From Candidatus Micrarchaeia archaeon (lineage in GTDB: Archaea > Micrarchaeota > Micrarchaeia > CAILAH01), in the NCBI GenBank assembly GCA_038874595.1, contig JAVZCB010000006.1, forward strand, positions 13,818-77,817: 64,000 nt of DNA, given 5' to 3'. Below are positions 1 to 9,228 of this stretch, piece by piece. Positions within the stretch are counted from its first letter, which is position 1, and every line of letters starts with the position of its first letter. Under the pieces are notes generated by a model. That model saw only the letters and a program-made list of their open reading frames with translations. It searched no databases and was not told the origin of the DNA. A program made the position numbers and the translations under genes.

Positions 1-87
1 TATTTTTTGTGTGCCAAACTCTTTCACAATCTTATCGTAATCCAGGTTCCCTACAACTTCCCACGGTGTAACCTTCTGTTCTGCCAT
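1..87 (-). CDS. trpS: Tryptophanyl-tRNA synthetase, N-terminal fragment (runs off the window)
   Basis: Manual translation MAEQKVTPWEVVGNLDYDKIVKEFGTQKI matches the archaeal TrpRS N-terminal pattern VTPWEV-G--DYDK---EFG; ATG at 87-85. Confidence 0.8.
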   Translation of the reverse strand, partial: MAEQKVTPWEVVGNLDYDKIVKEFGTQKI

Positions 88-93
88 TTGAAA

Positions 94-801
94 TCACTCG
101 CTTATCTCAAGCACCGAGTGCGGGTCAATCTCTATACCCTTTGGCCCGATGTGCATCTGGTGGACGAGTTGTGAATGTGCAGAGCCGCGCAGCTCGGCAA
201 CCTCAATCCCGCGCATCCTCCTCCCGCCTATGAGCTTGTTGTAAAGCCTGACCGATGCATCAGCTATCGCCTCAATACTGCTCGTGATATCAGTGGTCTG
301 GTCGCGTGTCCCGCTAAGCATTAATGAAGTGCACCCCCATTTCCTGAGCTTATCCGTGAATTTCATAAGCCCGGCCTTGCGTGACACGTTATCCTCAAAG
401 TGCATTCCCATAATGCCAACCGGGTCGACAACAATCCTGCTCACACCAAACTTATCAATAAGATTGAGGAGCGTATCCTCCTGCTCAAAGAAGATGCCAA
501 CCTCGTGCGGCGGGTATTCAAGGAACACAATCTTCTGCGAATCCTCAAGTGCTTTTATATTCCACCCAAACTTGAGCATATTCCTATACATTATCTTCTT
601 CGGCTCCTCAAAACATATGTACATCCCATTCTCATCGTACTCGGATGCGCCGTTGTACAGGAACTGCATCCCAAATATCGTCTTGCCCGTGCCGATGTCA
701 CCACTAACCGACACGATCGTATTGCGGATAATCCCCCCATCTGTAATCTCATCAAATCCGGGTATCCCGGACGCTACCCTATCAGCAGTTCTACCTCTCA
801 T
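94..801 (-). CDS. KaiC/RecA-superfamily single-domain ATPase
   Basis: SGIPGFDEITDGG, Walker A GDIGTGKT, FEE, RIVVDP, C-terminal LRGSAH. Confidence 0.85.
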   Translation of the reverse strand: MRGRTADRVASGIPGFDEITDGGIIRNTIVSVSGDIGTGKTIFGMQFLYNGASEYDENGMYICFEEPKKIMYRNMLKFGWNIKALEDSQKIVFLEYPPHEVGIFFEQEDTLLNLIDKFGVSRIVVDPVGIMGMHFEDNVSRKAGLMKFTDKLRKWGCTSLMLSGTRDQTTDITSSIEAIADASVRLYNKLIGGRRMRGIEVAELRGSAHSQLVHQMHIGPKGIEIDPHSVLEISE

Positions 802-1301
802 TTGTTAACACCCTTTTTCCTGAGCTCCTTGCCCAGCTGTTCCCTGAGCTTGATATTGTGTAGGAACGCCTGGAGCGCCTCACCCTTGAGCGTGTTCCGT
901 ATTATGAATTGCGATAATGCATACGATGTCTGCGATGCATCATTCATTATGTCCTGTATCTCTGCAAACGTGATTATCCTTTTTTCCGGCTCAAGGACTT
1001 CACAGTGGACTGGACCGTACGCCATTGCAATCCTGACAGCGTTCCTGGCATCTTTCGTGAGCACTTTGATTGAGCCAGAGGTTGAGTAAATAACCTTCCC
1101 GTCAAACTCTTCCCTGATAGGCGGCTCAATCTCGCCTATGGCGTACACTACTCCATCCTCCTTTGTTATTTTTGCAAACAAGTCAGTAAGCCTGTTCTTA
1201 ACACCTTCCTCATCATTTGCGTGTGAGTCAAAGTACATATTAAAAAGCAGGCCACCTTTGTTTATTATTTCTTCAGTAACTCTCTTGACATCTTTATGCA
1301 T
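798..1301 (-). CDS. Hypothetical protein, coupled to the KaiC-like gene
   Basis: 167-aa ORF with typical composition; 4-nt overlap with the downstream gene. Confidence 0.7.
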   Translation of the reverse strand: MHKDVKRVTEEIINKGGLLFNMYFDSHANDEEGVKNRLTDLFAKITKEDGVVYAIGEIEPPIREEFDGKVIYSTSGSIKVLTKDARNAVRIAMAYGPVHCEVLEPEKRIITFAEIQDIMNDASQTSYALSQFIIRNTLKGEALQAFLHNIKLREQLGKELRKKGVNK

Positions 1302-1457
1302 AACATTCCATTAGTTACTTAATGAATAAAAAGGTATTCTGCACAAGTGCGCATATTTAAATTAAGATGCTATACCCGTACATATCTTTTGTCTTTAGCC
1401 CTGTATACTCCTCATATCCCTTGAGCGCTAAGCAAGCAATTTATTACACTATGGAGG

Positions 1458-1626
1458 TTATTCTTTTGCATCATTTTTTCTTAGCAGTTCTGCGAGCACA
1501 ATATTACGTTTATCCAAAGCATACATAAGCACTTTAATCTTTTTCTTCTGATACTTTTAATTTGTTGAGATGTTTGAATTCATATTCTCTTTTTTCACAT
1601 TTTTGCTATTACTATTTTTCTGTCAT
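1458..1626 (-). pseudogene. Decayed ankyrin-repeat gene remnant
   Basis: Minus frame reads QKNSNSKNVKKENMNSNISTN*KYQKKKIKVLMYALDKRNIVLAELLRKNDAKE*; the last part resembles a terminal ankyrin repeat; internal stop at 1557-1559 and out-of-frame ATG at 1626. Confidence 0.4.
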
Positions 1627-1740
1627 CTTTGTGAAATGGTTTAAGTGCGAGCAATACGCTTAATGATCCTATGCTAAGAAGGTTTCCAGAGCTTTTTCAA
1701 TAGAAATATTTAAATATAATAGTTTCTCCAAGAGCGCTGT

Positions 1741-3423
1741 ATGTCAAAAACCCTAAAAATAATAGGTGCTACTTCATTAGCGGTTGTAGCATTTGCAACA
1801 TCCGCGGTTACTTATAATTCTCACTCGCACGTTTCACCTGCGATAGAGCAGCGCGCACCCGCAGCCAAGCTCTCAGATGAATTGCAGAAAGCGCGCAAAA
1901 AGGTAAGCATACCAGAAGACCAATGCAAATCTATAACGAAAAACGCAGTGGAAAAGTTCAATAACCTTAAAATACCACCAGATGTGGTATACAGCAGCAG
2001 GGTTTGGTTTTACTCTTATTCGAACGACCAGAGGTGCGGATTTTTCTATCCCAAAGGACAGGGTTATACAGTGGTATCTTCTCGTGATGGGTGCGAGCGT
2101 GAATTGCTTCATGCAGATGCGCACAAGCTTTACAACAGCATATCGCGTTTCATAGAAAATGACCCCATAGCCAGAAAAAAGTTCTCAGAGATGCTCTTCA
2201 ATATCATTGGGAAGAACCCTGATGTTGCAGGCAAGATTTATTTTGCCAATTTCAGCTACAACGGTAATGTCCCTTCAATAGGCCCGGCGTGGGGCGGGTG
2301 GCTCACAGGGCGCGCCAGAAAGGCAGAGGAAATTTATAAGGGGCTTGAATACCTTTTTGCCGCAGGTGCAAAAAGCGCCAGAGCGCCCGCAAGCACTGCC
2401 ACTGGCGCACCGAATGATGCAGGTGCAGGCAATACCGTGGCAGACCGCGCTTTGTATAATGCGCAGCAATCAATTATCGGGACAGGTTTTGTTGGCACTG
2501 GCACAGGCACGGACATCTCAGATTTGCAGCGTGATTACTTTGGTAAGTTTTTGAGGGCGCTTGAGGCTTCCGCACAGGCGGTGAGCGACCAGCGCACCTA
2601 CAAAGAGCTCATGCGTGAGATTGGCAAACTTAAGGAAATATACGAATGGGCAAAAACAAACTATTCTGTGAAAAAGAATGAAAAACCCGCCGCTTTGGCT
2701 AAGAAGCCGCCTGTGGCCGTTGAAAAACAGTTCAAGGAAATGCGCAATAGTATGCAGAATGCACTGGACCTTCTCCGCAAGAGCTCCCCGGCAGCGGCAG
2801 CCTATCTTGGAGAGTGGCTTGCATCACAGGTAATGCCAGTGCTTATGGAAGAGATGTTTGCACGGCTCAATGAAGACCTGGCCCTGAAACGTAACAGTGC
2901 AATTATGGGTGGCAGTATACGAGGTCAACCTATGAAACGCAAAGATGCAAATGTAGGTGGAAATGCAAAAGGCGATGTTTCCAAGCGCAAAGATGCAATG
3001 GTTAATGAAAAAGCAATAGTGGATAAAGAATCACTTTCCACACTGCTTGAAATTGCCTCAATCATCCTTAATAAAGTTGAAGCAGGTGAGTACAAGGACA
3101 AGGAAGGTGCGCTTAAGGTAGCAACTCATATACGCCGCCTTGTAAATCATTATCTTAATGACAAGGCACAACCAGAAGACACAAAACAAGCTGCAGGCAT
3201 AGGTTGGCAGGATGTATTAAAAGAGCCCAGATGTTTCAAGAACGCTGAGAGTGCAATAATCGCCGCTGAGCTTGATGAGGTGGAGCGCTTGCACAGGAGG
3301 AATATGGACATCCTGGCCCAACTGCCGGAAGAGAGAGTATTTTACCTAAGTTACCTGTTTTCGCTCTTTATGCTTGCCGGTGCAGGATATCTGGCATATA
3401 CAGGCACTCGTAAGGAGGATTAG
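1741..3423 (+). CDS. Hypothetical exported/membrane-anchored protein
   Basis: 560 aa; N-terminal hydrophobic signal, C-terminal TM plus RKED; TATA-like TTTAAATA upstream. Confidence 0.75.
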   Translation: MSKTLKIIGATSLAVVAFATSAVTYNSHSHVSPAIEQRAPAAKLSDELQKARKKVSIPEDQCKSITKNAVEKFNNLKIPPDVVYSSRVWFYSYSNDQRCGFFYPKGQGYTVVSSRDGCERELLHADAHKLYNSISRFIENDPIARKKFSEMLFNIIGKNPDVAGKIYFANFSYNGNVPSIGPAWGGWLTGRARKAEEIYKGLEYLFAAGAKSARAPASTATGAPNDAGAGNTVADRALYNAQQSIIGTGFVGTGTGTDISDLQRDYFGKFLRALEASAQAVSDQRTYKELMREIGKLKEIYEWAKTNYSVKKNEKPAALAKKPPVAVEKQFKEMRNSMQNALDLLRKSSPAAAAYLGEWLASQVMPVLMEEMFARLNEDLALKRNSAIMGGSIRGQPMKRKDANVGGNAKGDVSKRKDAMVNEKAIVDKESLSTLLEIASIILNKVEAGEYKDKEGALKVATHIRRLVNHYLNDKAQPEDTKQAAGIGWQDVLKEPRCFKNAESAIIAAELDEVERLHRRNMDILAQLPEERVFYLSYLFSLFMLAGAGYLAYTGTRKED

Positions 3424-3494
3424 GATTCTATCTTGCCAGCGGTAGCGTTAACTTTATATATAGTTTTATGCCTTAAATAAGCTGCTGCGCATGG

Positions 3495-3740
3495 ATGGCC
3501 ACAGGAGTATCGTAGCGCAATGATATGCCAGCCTGGCTCGCCAGGCGGGTGCGCCTCCCGTGAATGCGGCTGTGCGCATGGTCGACAGTGCGCAGCATAG
3601 CCTTTCTTCAAATACGAAGATGGCCGTATCAGGGCAACGCTTTGTACGGCGGGCTATAGCAGTATCCACTTGCAGGTGCTGGTGGGGACTGCATTAATGC
3701 TACGGAATAGGTGTTAACGGCCTATCATAAGCGGGGGCCA
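3495..3740 (+). ncRNA. Candidate structured non-coding RNA, family not identified
   Basis: GC-rich intergenic stretch after TTAAATA (~3473); terminal TGGCC/GGCCA pairing, a long-range CGTAGCG..AATG/CATT..TGCTACG helix and about 7 local hairpins; G-U pairs favour the + strand. Confidence 0.5.
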
Positions 3741-3742
3741 AA

Positions 3743-3994
3743 ATGAAAGTTGATGTCAAAGTGCATCCGCGCTCAAAAAGCGTTATGATAAAGGGCGGTG
3801 ACGTGTGGGATGTTTATCTCACCGAGCCGGCCGAACACAACCGTGCGAACAGGCAGCTCCTGGATGTGCTTAAGCGCGCATTCGGCTGCGAAGTATCGCT
3901 CGTAAGCGGGCACACGAGCCGAAAAAAGACGGTGCTTCTGGGCCTTGGCGAGGAGGAATATAATGCGCTCAAGGAAAAGTACCGGCCTGGATAA
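3743..3994 (+). CDS. DUF167/UPF0235 (YggU-like) protein
   Basis: VKVHPRS, PAEHNRANRQL, SGHTSRKK motifs. Confidence 0.85.
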   Translation: MKVDVKVHPRSKSVMIKGGDVWDVYLTEPAEHNRANRQLLDVLKRAFGCEVSLVSGHTSRKKTVLLGLGEEEYNALKEKYRPG

Positions 3995-4325
3995 TGCAAT
4001 ATCACGGCTGGTAACTGACCTGAACGACCGTCTGGTCATAGTTGAGGGCAAGCGCGATGTCGCAGCCCTTGGGAAGGTTGGTGTCCGTGCACACGTGCTA
4101 ACGCTTGACAAGCTTCAGCATATGGAACGCATCACAGCAGATGAGGCAGTAATCCTGACCGATTTTGACCGTGCAGGTGAGGCAAAGCTCATGAAAGCTG
4201 AGTCGATCCTTATCGGGAAAGGTATCAGGATAGATACAGGCCTTAGGGAGCGTTTCAGGCGGATTTTTGGCATCACCACAATAGAGGATTTGCCCCGCGC
4301 TTTTGAGAAGCTGGCACACCAGTAA
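3945..4325 (+). CDS. Small TOPRIM-domain protein (start uncertain)
   Basis: IVEGKRD and LTDFDRAG TOPRIM motifs. Confidence 0.85.
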   Translation: MARRNIMRSRKSTGLDNAISRLVTDLNDRLVIVEGKRDVAALGKVGVRAHVLTLDKLQHMERITADEAVILTDFDRAGEAKLMKAESILIGKGIRIDTGLRERFRRIFGITTIEDLPRAFEKLAHQ

Positions 4326-4347
4326 GAAATAGGAAATGGTGATGTAA

Positions 4348-5772
4348 ATGGGAAAGATATACATAGATACTATCAAGTATATGGTGTATGCTGACTTTGA
4401 GATTAAAGGCCTTGTGGAGAAGCCGGATGTTGTAGGTGCAATTTTTGGCCAGACTGAAGGCCTGCTTGGTGACGAGCTTGACCTGCGTGAGATGCAGAAA
4501 AGCGGCAGGATAGGCAGGATAGAGGTTGAGCTGACACCACGCGACGGCAAGAGCATCGGTAAGATACTACTTCCGTCAAGCCTTGACATGGTCGAGACTT
4601 CAGTAATTGCAGCCGCAATTGAGAGTGTTGACAGGGTCGGCCCGTGTGAGGCACGGATAACCGTCTCCAAGATTGAGGATATGCGCAGTGTGAAGAGGAA
4701 ACAGCTCGTCTCGCGTGCGAAATCCCTACTCAAGACACTCGTTACCGAGACGTTGCCGGAGAGCAAGGAAATCCTTGATATGGTCCGTGATGAGGTTAAG
4801 GCTTCCGGTGTGGTTGAATATGGTCCCGAGCGCCTTGTTGCAGGGCCAGATATTGATACATACGATTCTATAATCGTGGTTGAGGGCCGTGCAGATGTGA
4901 TAAACCTGCTCAAGAATGACATAAAAAACGTAATTGCGCTCGGTGGCGCATCCGTGCCCAAGACGATTGTTGAGCTCAGCAAGAAGAAGGAAATAACACT
5001 ATTTCTTGATGGAGACCGCGGGGGCGACATAATCCTGAAAGAGATGCTGGCAGTTGGTGATATCGATTTCGTTGCAAGGGCGCCGCCCGGGACAGAGGTT
5101 GAAGAGCTTTCGAGAAAAGAGCTGATAAAGGCTCTCAGGAGCAAGGTGCCCGTCGAGCAGGCAGAATCGCAATTCTATGGCCGCAGCAAGAGACCGCCCT
5201 CACGCGATTTCCGTGAAAGGAACAAGCGTCTTGGTGAAGATGAGGAAGTCCAGGCTGAAAAGTCATCATACAAACAACCCTCATATGAGCAGCAGGAGCA
5301 GGTGGGAGCGCGCAGTGAATTGAGAAGGCAATCTTTCGTGCAGGAGCAGGATGAGCGTACAACTGCAGAGAGGCCGGCGGTACGCCTTGAAAAGAGGGAG
5401 TTTGAGCGGTCGCAGCGTTATGAGCGCGCAGAGCAACAGCAGCCCGAGAAGGCCGCATCGCAGGATGATACCTCACAGGTGCCGGCTGTGATGCCGCAGG
5501 AGTTAAAGTTGCATCTTGATGAGCTGAACGGCACACTGAGGGCGCGGCTGCTTGGCCCTGCAAACGAGCTCATTAAAGAGCTGCCGGTGCGTGATTTGAT
5601 AACTGAGCTTAATAGCAGCGAGTCTGCACCAGCATCAGTTGTGCTTGATGGGATAATAACACAGCGCCTGCTTGACCTTGCTGCAAGCAAGAAAATAAAA
5701 AGCATTGCAGGAATTAAGGTAGGCAGCATAACAAAGAGGCCTGCAGGGGTTGCCATATTCACATCACAGTAG
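4348..5772 (+). CDS. dnaG: Archaeal DnaG (DnaG-type primase / exosome-associated subunit)
   Basis: KPDVVGAIFGQTEGLLG, VVEGRADV, LDGDRGG, VLDGIITQRLLD; GGTGAT RBS. Confidence 0.95.
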   Translation: MGKIYIDTIKYMVYADFEIKGLVEKPDVVGAIFGQTEGLLGDELDLREMQKSGRIGRIEVELTPRDGKSIGKILLPSSLDMVETSVIAAAIESVDRVGPCEARITVSKIEDMRSVKRKQLVSRAKSLLKTLVTETLPESKEILDMVRDEVKASGVVEYGPERLVAGPDIDTYDSIIVVEGRADVINLLKNDIKNVIALGGASVPKTIVELSKKKEITLFLDGDRGGDIILKEMLAVGDIDFVARAPPGTEVEELSRKELIKALRSKVPVEQAESQFYGRSKRPPSRDFRERNKRLGEDEEVQAEKSSYKQPSYEQQEQVGARSELRRQSFVQEQDERTTAERPAVRLEKREFERSQRYERAEQQQPEKAASQDDTSQVPAVMPQELKLHLDELNGTLRARLLGPANELIKELPVRDLITELNSSESAPASVVLDGIITQRLLDLAASKKIKSIAGIKVGSITKRPAGVAIFTSQ

Positions 5773-5778
5773 TAAGGT

Positions 5779-6333
5779 GTGTTTTTGAGGATTTATTTTA
5801 TTACCTCAAATGTGCACAAGTTCCGTGAGGTCCGTGACATTGCAGAGCCTTACGGCGCTCATATAATCCAGGTACGAATGGAATACCCGGAGGTTCGTGC
5901 TGATACCTGCAAAGAAGTTGTGGAGAATGCTATTCATAGCCTAAAAAGGATGAAAGGGCTGAAGCGCCCGTTCATCGTTGAGGATTCAGGCCTGTTTATC
6001 GATGCGCTCAACGGTTTTCCAGGCCCATATTCGAAATGGGCCTATAATAAAATCGGCCTTGATGGGGTACTGGCACTCCTGAAAGGAGCTAAAAAAAGGG
6101 ATGCGCACTTTATGTGTGCAATCGGATATTATGATGGCAAAGAGCCGCTGGTGTTCACAGGCAGTGTAGATGGCACGATCGCCACGAGAATAAGGGGTGA
6201 AAGCGGGTTTGCGTACGACCCGCTCTTTATTCCAAAGGGTTATAAATTTACCTTTGCTGAAAATATGACGCTCAAATCGACGTTGTCCCATAGGGCACGG
6301 GCTGTCGAGCTGATGCTAAAATCAATAATATAG
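5779..6333 (+). CDS. rdgB: XTP/dITP diphosphatase (RdgB/HAM1)
   Basis: TSNVHK, EDSGLFIDALNGFPGPYS, GFAYDPLF, SHRARA. Confidence 0.95.
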   Translation: MFLRIYFITSNVHKFREVRDIAEPYGAHIIQVRMEYPEVRADTCKEVVENAIHSLKRMKGLKRPFIVEDSGLFIDALNGFPGPYSKWAYNKIGLDGVLALLKGAKKRDAHFMCAIGYYDGKEPLVFTGSVDGTIATRIRGESGFAYDPLFIPKGYKFTFAENMTLKSTLSHRARAVELMLKSII

Positions 6334-6346
6334 ATGAAGTGATAGG

Positions 6347-6802
6347 ATGGTAAGGTTACATACACGAAAGGCCGGTAAGGCGAAGCGTTCAAAGAAGCAC
6401 TACCCGCGTGAAGCACCTTCGTGGTCTGACACCACCAGGGAGCAGATTGCGGATATGGCTGTTAAGCTTGCAAAAGAAGGGAAAGACCCTGCGCAGATTG
6501 GTGTTATACTGCGCGATACGCACGCAGTGCCAGATGTCAAGGCGATGACTGGTAAGAAGCTCACGAAACTGCTTGAAGAGAAGGGTGTGCGCAAGGAGTA
6601 CCCGGCAGACCTCCTTGACCTGATTAAGAGGGCTGCAAGGATGAGGAAGCACCTTAGCGAAAATCATGCTGATAAGCACAACAGGACACGGCTTCTCAGG
6701 GTCGAATCAAAAATCAGGAGGCTCGTTTCATATTACAACAAGACAGGTCGGCTTAACAACTGGAAATATGACCCGGAGCAGGCGGCATTATTGGTAAGGT
6801 GA
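6347..6802 (+). CDS. rps15: 30S ribosomal protein S15 (uS15, S13e-type)
   Basis: MVRLHTRKAG, QIGVILRD, ESKIRRLVSYY. Confidence 0.95.
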   Translation: MVRLHTRKAGKAKRSKKHYPREAPSWSDTTREQIADMAVKLAKEGKDPAQIGVILRDTHAVPDVKAMTGKKLTKLLEEKGVRKEYPADLLDLIKRAARMRKHLSENHADKHNRTRLLRVESKIRRLVSYYNKTGRLNNWKYDPEQAALLVR

Positions 6803-6807
6803 CGTGA

Positions 6808-7440
6808 ATGGCAAAGTCTGACAAGTTCAAACTTAAATCCTGGTATGGTGTCATTGCACCAAAGATATTTGATGAGAAGAAGGTCGGCGAAATTGTAGGC
6901 CTTGATGATGAGAGCATTCTCGGCAGGGTAATAATTGCAAACCTTGCAGAGCTCACAGGCGAGATGCCACATAGTTATACGCGCATCAGCCTGAAAGTGC
7001 GAGATATAAAGGGAAAAACTGCATATACAAAGCTGATTGGTCACGAGCTGCTTCGCAGTTATCTTAGAACGATTGTGCGCAGGAGAATGTCTCTTGTTGA
7101 TGATGTAGTGAAGGTCCGCACAAAAGATGGTATTGATGTTGCTGTTAAGACTGCAATTGTAACAGCAAACAGGGTAAGCCAGCCAACTCGTGTGACACTC
7201 CGCAAGATTGCTGAGGAAATAATACGCGAGAAGGCCTCAAAATTGGATTATGATTCCTTTATGCAGGAAATCCTGTTCAAGAAACTCGCATCCGCGATTT
7301 ATAACAAGGCCAAGGTTATCGTACCTATTAAGCGCATTGAGATAATCAAGACCGAGCTTATAGAGCAAAAGAAGAAGGCACAGAAGGCAGCGGATGCTGA
7401 GAAAACAGAGGCTCCAGATGCGGCGGTTTCTGCTGCATAA
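6808..7440 (+). CDS. rps3ae: 30S ribosomal protein S3ae (eS1)
   Basis: KSWYGVIAPKIF, GHELLRSYLRTIVRRR, PIKRIEIIK. Confidence 0.92.
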   Translation: MAKSDKFKLKSWYGVIAPKIFDEKKVGEIVGLDDESILGRVIIANLAELTGEMPHSYTRISLKVRDIKGKTAYTKLIGHELLRSYLRTIVRRRMSLVDDVVKVRTKDGIDVAVKTAIVTANRVSQPTRVTLRKIAEEIIREKASKLDYDSFMQEILFKKLASAIYNKAKVIVPIKRIEIIKTELIEQKKKAQKAADAEKTEAPDAAVSAA

Positions 7441-7452
7441 CTCTTTTTCATT

Positions 7453-8115
7453 TTAAAATAAGCTAAGCCAGTTCACTTTTACTTCTGATTTATCCTTACT
7501 TATATATGCAAGCTGGATTTCAGCCGCTTCACCTTTCTTTGCAGGCCCGAGCTTGACAATGTTTGTATTCCCAACTTTCATATGCCCCTTATGCTCATGC
7601 ACATGCCCGCATACCAGGAGGAACGGCTCGCACGCGTGCATAAGCTTCAGGATGCTCCGAGACCCTATATGCACATCCATCCCAACATCATCAAAATACC
7701 CGAACGGTGGCGTGTGCGATAACACAATTGCCGGGGGTGTGAGCTCTACATCCTTAAGTTTGGGCCACAGTTCATCATCATAGTACTCATATGGGGTGTA
7801 AAAAGGCCCTCTAAGGCCTCCTCCGATACCAAAAATTGAATATTTCATTGTAAATTTTGCAGTTTTTTGTTCTACATATCCAGGGAAACTGGAGAGTACC
7901 CTCCGGACAGCCTCATCATCCATATTACCTGGTATTAAGTATGTTGGAACACTTTCAAGCATCTCAAGCACGCTCAATGCATACGTGGCGTCTCCGTTAT
8001 CTGCAATATCACCAGCTATGAAAACCACATCATACTTTTTTTTGGTTAGAAGGCTCCGGATACCATCCAGGACGCGCTGTTCGCTGTGCAAATCTGAGAG
8101 TGCAAGCGCTTTCAA
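7453..8115 (-). CDS. Metallophosphoesterase (Icc-like)
   Basis: SDLH, GDIAD, GNMD, SHTPP, CGHVHE. Confidence 0.9.
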   Translation of the reverse strand: MKALALSDLHSEQRVLDGIRSLLTKKKYDVVFIAGDIADNGDATYALSVLEMLESVPTYLIPGNMDDEAVRRVLSSFPGYVEQKTAKFTMKYSIFGIGGGLRGPFYTPYEYYDDELWPKLKDVELTPPAIVLSHTPPFGYFDDVGMDVHIGSRSILKLMHACEPFLLVCGHVHEHKGHMKVGNTNIVKLGPAKKGEAAEIQLAYISKDKSEVKVNWLSLF

Positions 8116-8117
8116 GC

Positions 8118-9149
8118 TCAGAACCTCCCCCTACCACGTTTTGACCTGAACTTACCTCCCCTGCCAAACCCGCGCTCGCCACGTGATTCATTGCTGTTTC
8201 TCTCGAACCTCTCAACATCCCTGCGCTCACGCTTCTCAAACCTCTCGTGCTCTTTACCAGTAGGCCTGTTGCCTCTCTGGCCCCTGCCAGCATCGTGCTG
8301 TCTGCCGCGCTCAGCAAACCTCTGCCTGAACCTCTCCTCTTTCTCTTTCTGCTCCCTCTCAATGTCCTCCTTTGTGGCCACACCTGATTTCTTTACAATC
8401 TCTGCAATCTTCCTGTCAAGGTCCTCCTTGAGCTTAGGCGCAATGAAGTTATGCGTGTATGTATCGGCCTTTGCAGCGATTGATATCTTTGCAGCAAGGA
8501 GCCTTGCCACCTTGCCGCGGTCGGCTTTCTTAATCCCGCGCATTGCAGGGTGTAGGAATATGATACCGTGTTTTGGCGGTTTTGTATGCTTAATCAGATG
8601 CATAAACAGTGCTTTCTCAGCACCCATAACCTGTATGCTGCTTGCTGGGAGGACAGCAAGCCGTTTCAGGCCTTTTGCGCTGACTATCAGCTTGGTTGCG
8701 AGTGTGTTACCTACCAGGTATGACAGGTTTGGTGCAATCTTCTGCACCGTCTTCTCAATGTAATCACTCAGGTAATCGCGCACTTCATACATTCCCCTGA
8801 GGCTCCTTGCATACTCCTGCAATGCGTGCAGGTCCTCAACAGGTATGCTTGAGCCCATTGACTCACGCTTAGGCAGTAGCCGTGCGGCTTTCTCACTGAG
8901 CAGTTTCTCGGTTTCCGGTTGCTCTTTTATATACTTCTCAACAATCTCAAGGTATACCTTCCTATCCTCAGTATCAGGAAGCTCTGGCAGGTATATCTGG
9001 TACCAGTTTCTCACACTCTCGAACATCTCGTTCAGGACAGCATCTATCGTATCAACTGCGGCTGATGCATGCATCAGAAAATCCTCGGTTGAATATGACT
9101 TTTTCAAGTCAGACTTGACTTGCCTTAATAAGTCTTCCCTGCTAACCAT
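8118..9149 (-). CDS. nop5: Nop5/Nop56/58 box C/D snoRNP protein with RG-rich tail
   Basis: IAPNLSYLVG, LPASSIQVMGAEKALF, PKHGIIF, RGKVARLLAAK. Confidence 0.92.
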   Translation of the reverse strand: MVSREDLLRQVKSDLKKSYSTEDFLMHASAAVDTIDAVLNEMFESVRNWYQIYLPELPDTEDRKVYLEIVEKYIKEQPETEKLLSEKAARLLPKRESMGSSIPVEDLHALQEYARSLRGMYEVRDYLSDYIEKTVQKIAPNLSYLVGNTLATKLIVSAKGLKRLAVLPASSIQVMGAEKALFMHLIKHTKPPKHGIIFLHPAMRGIKKADRGKVARLLAAKISIAAKADTYTHNFIAPKLKEDLDRKIAEIVKKSGVATKEDIEREQKEKEERFRQRFAERGRQHDAGRGQRGNRPTGKEHERFEKRERRDVERFERNSNESRGERGFGRGGKFRSKRGRGRF

Positions 9150-9228
9150 TACATCACTCTCATTTACCTCGTGTTTTAAAGGATTATGGGGGACAAATTA
9201 ATTAACTTTGTGCCGCATAAGTTTTCCC

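Noticed and set aside
94-801. Circadian clock system
   Set aside because: Single-domain KaiC-like ATPases are common in archaea, and no kaiA or kaiB is present.
3420-3669. Two short minus-strand ORFs
   Set aside because: Unnatural composition; the region is better explained as structured RNA.
3495-3740. Assignment as RNase P, SRP, 5S rRNA or tmRNA
   Set aside because: Only short partial resemblances; the universally conserved motifs of each family are missing, so no name was given.
4098-5144. Long antisense ORFs (348 aa here; also 33011-33790, 36997-37740, 21677-22321, 18445-19080)
   Set aside because: They are shadows of well-conserved genes on the opposite strand (dnaG, eno, rrp41, tuf, ileS).
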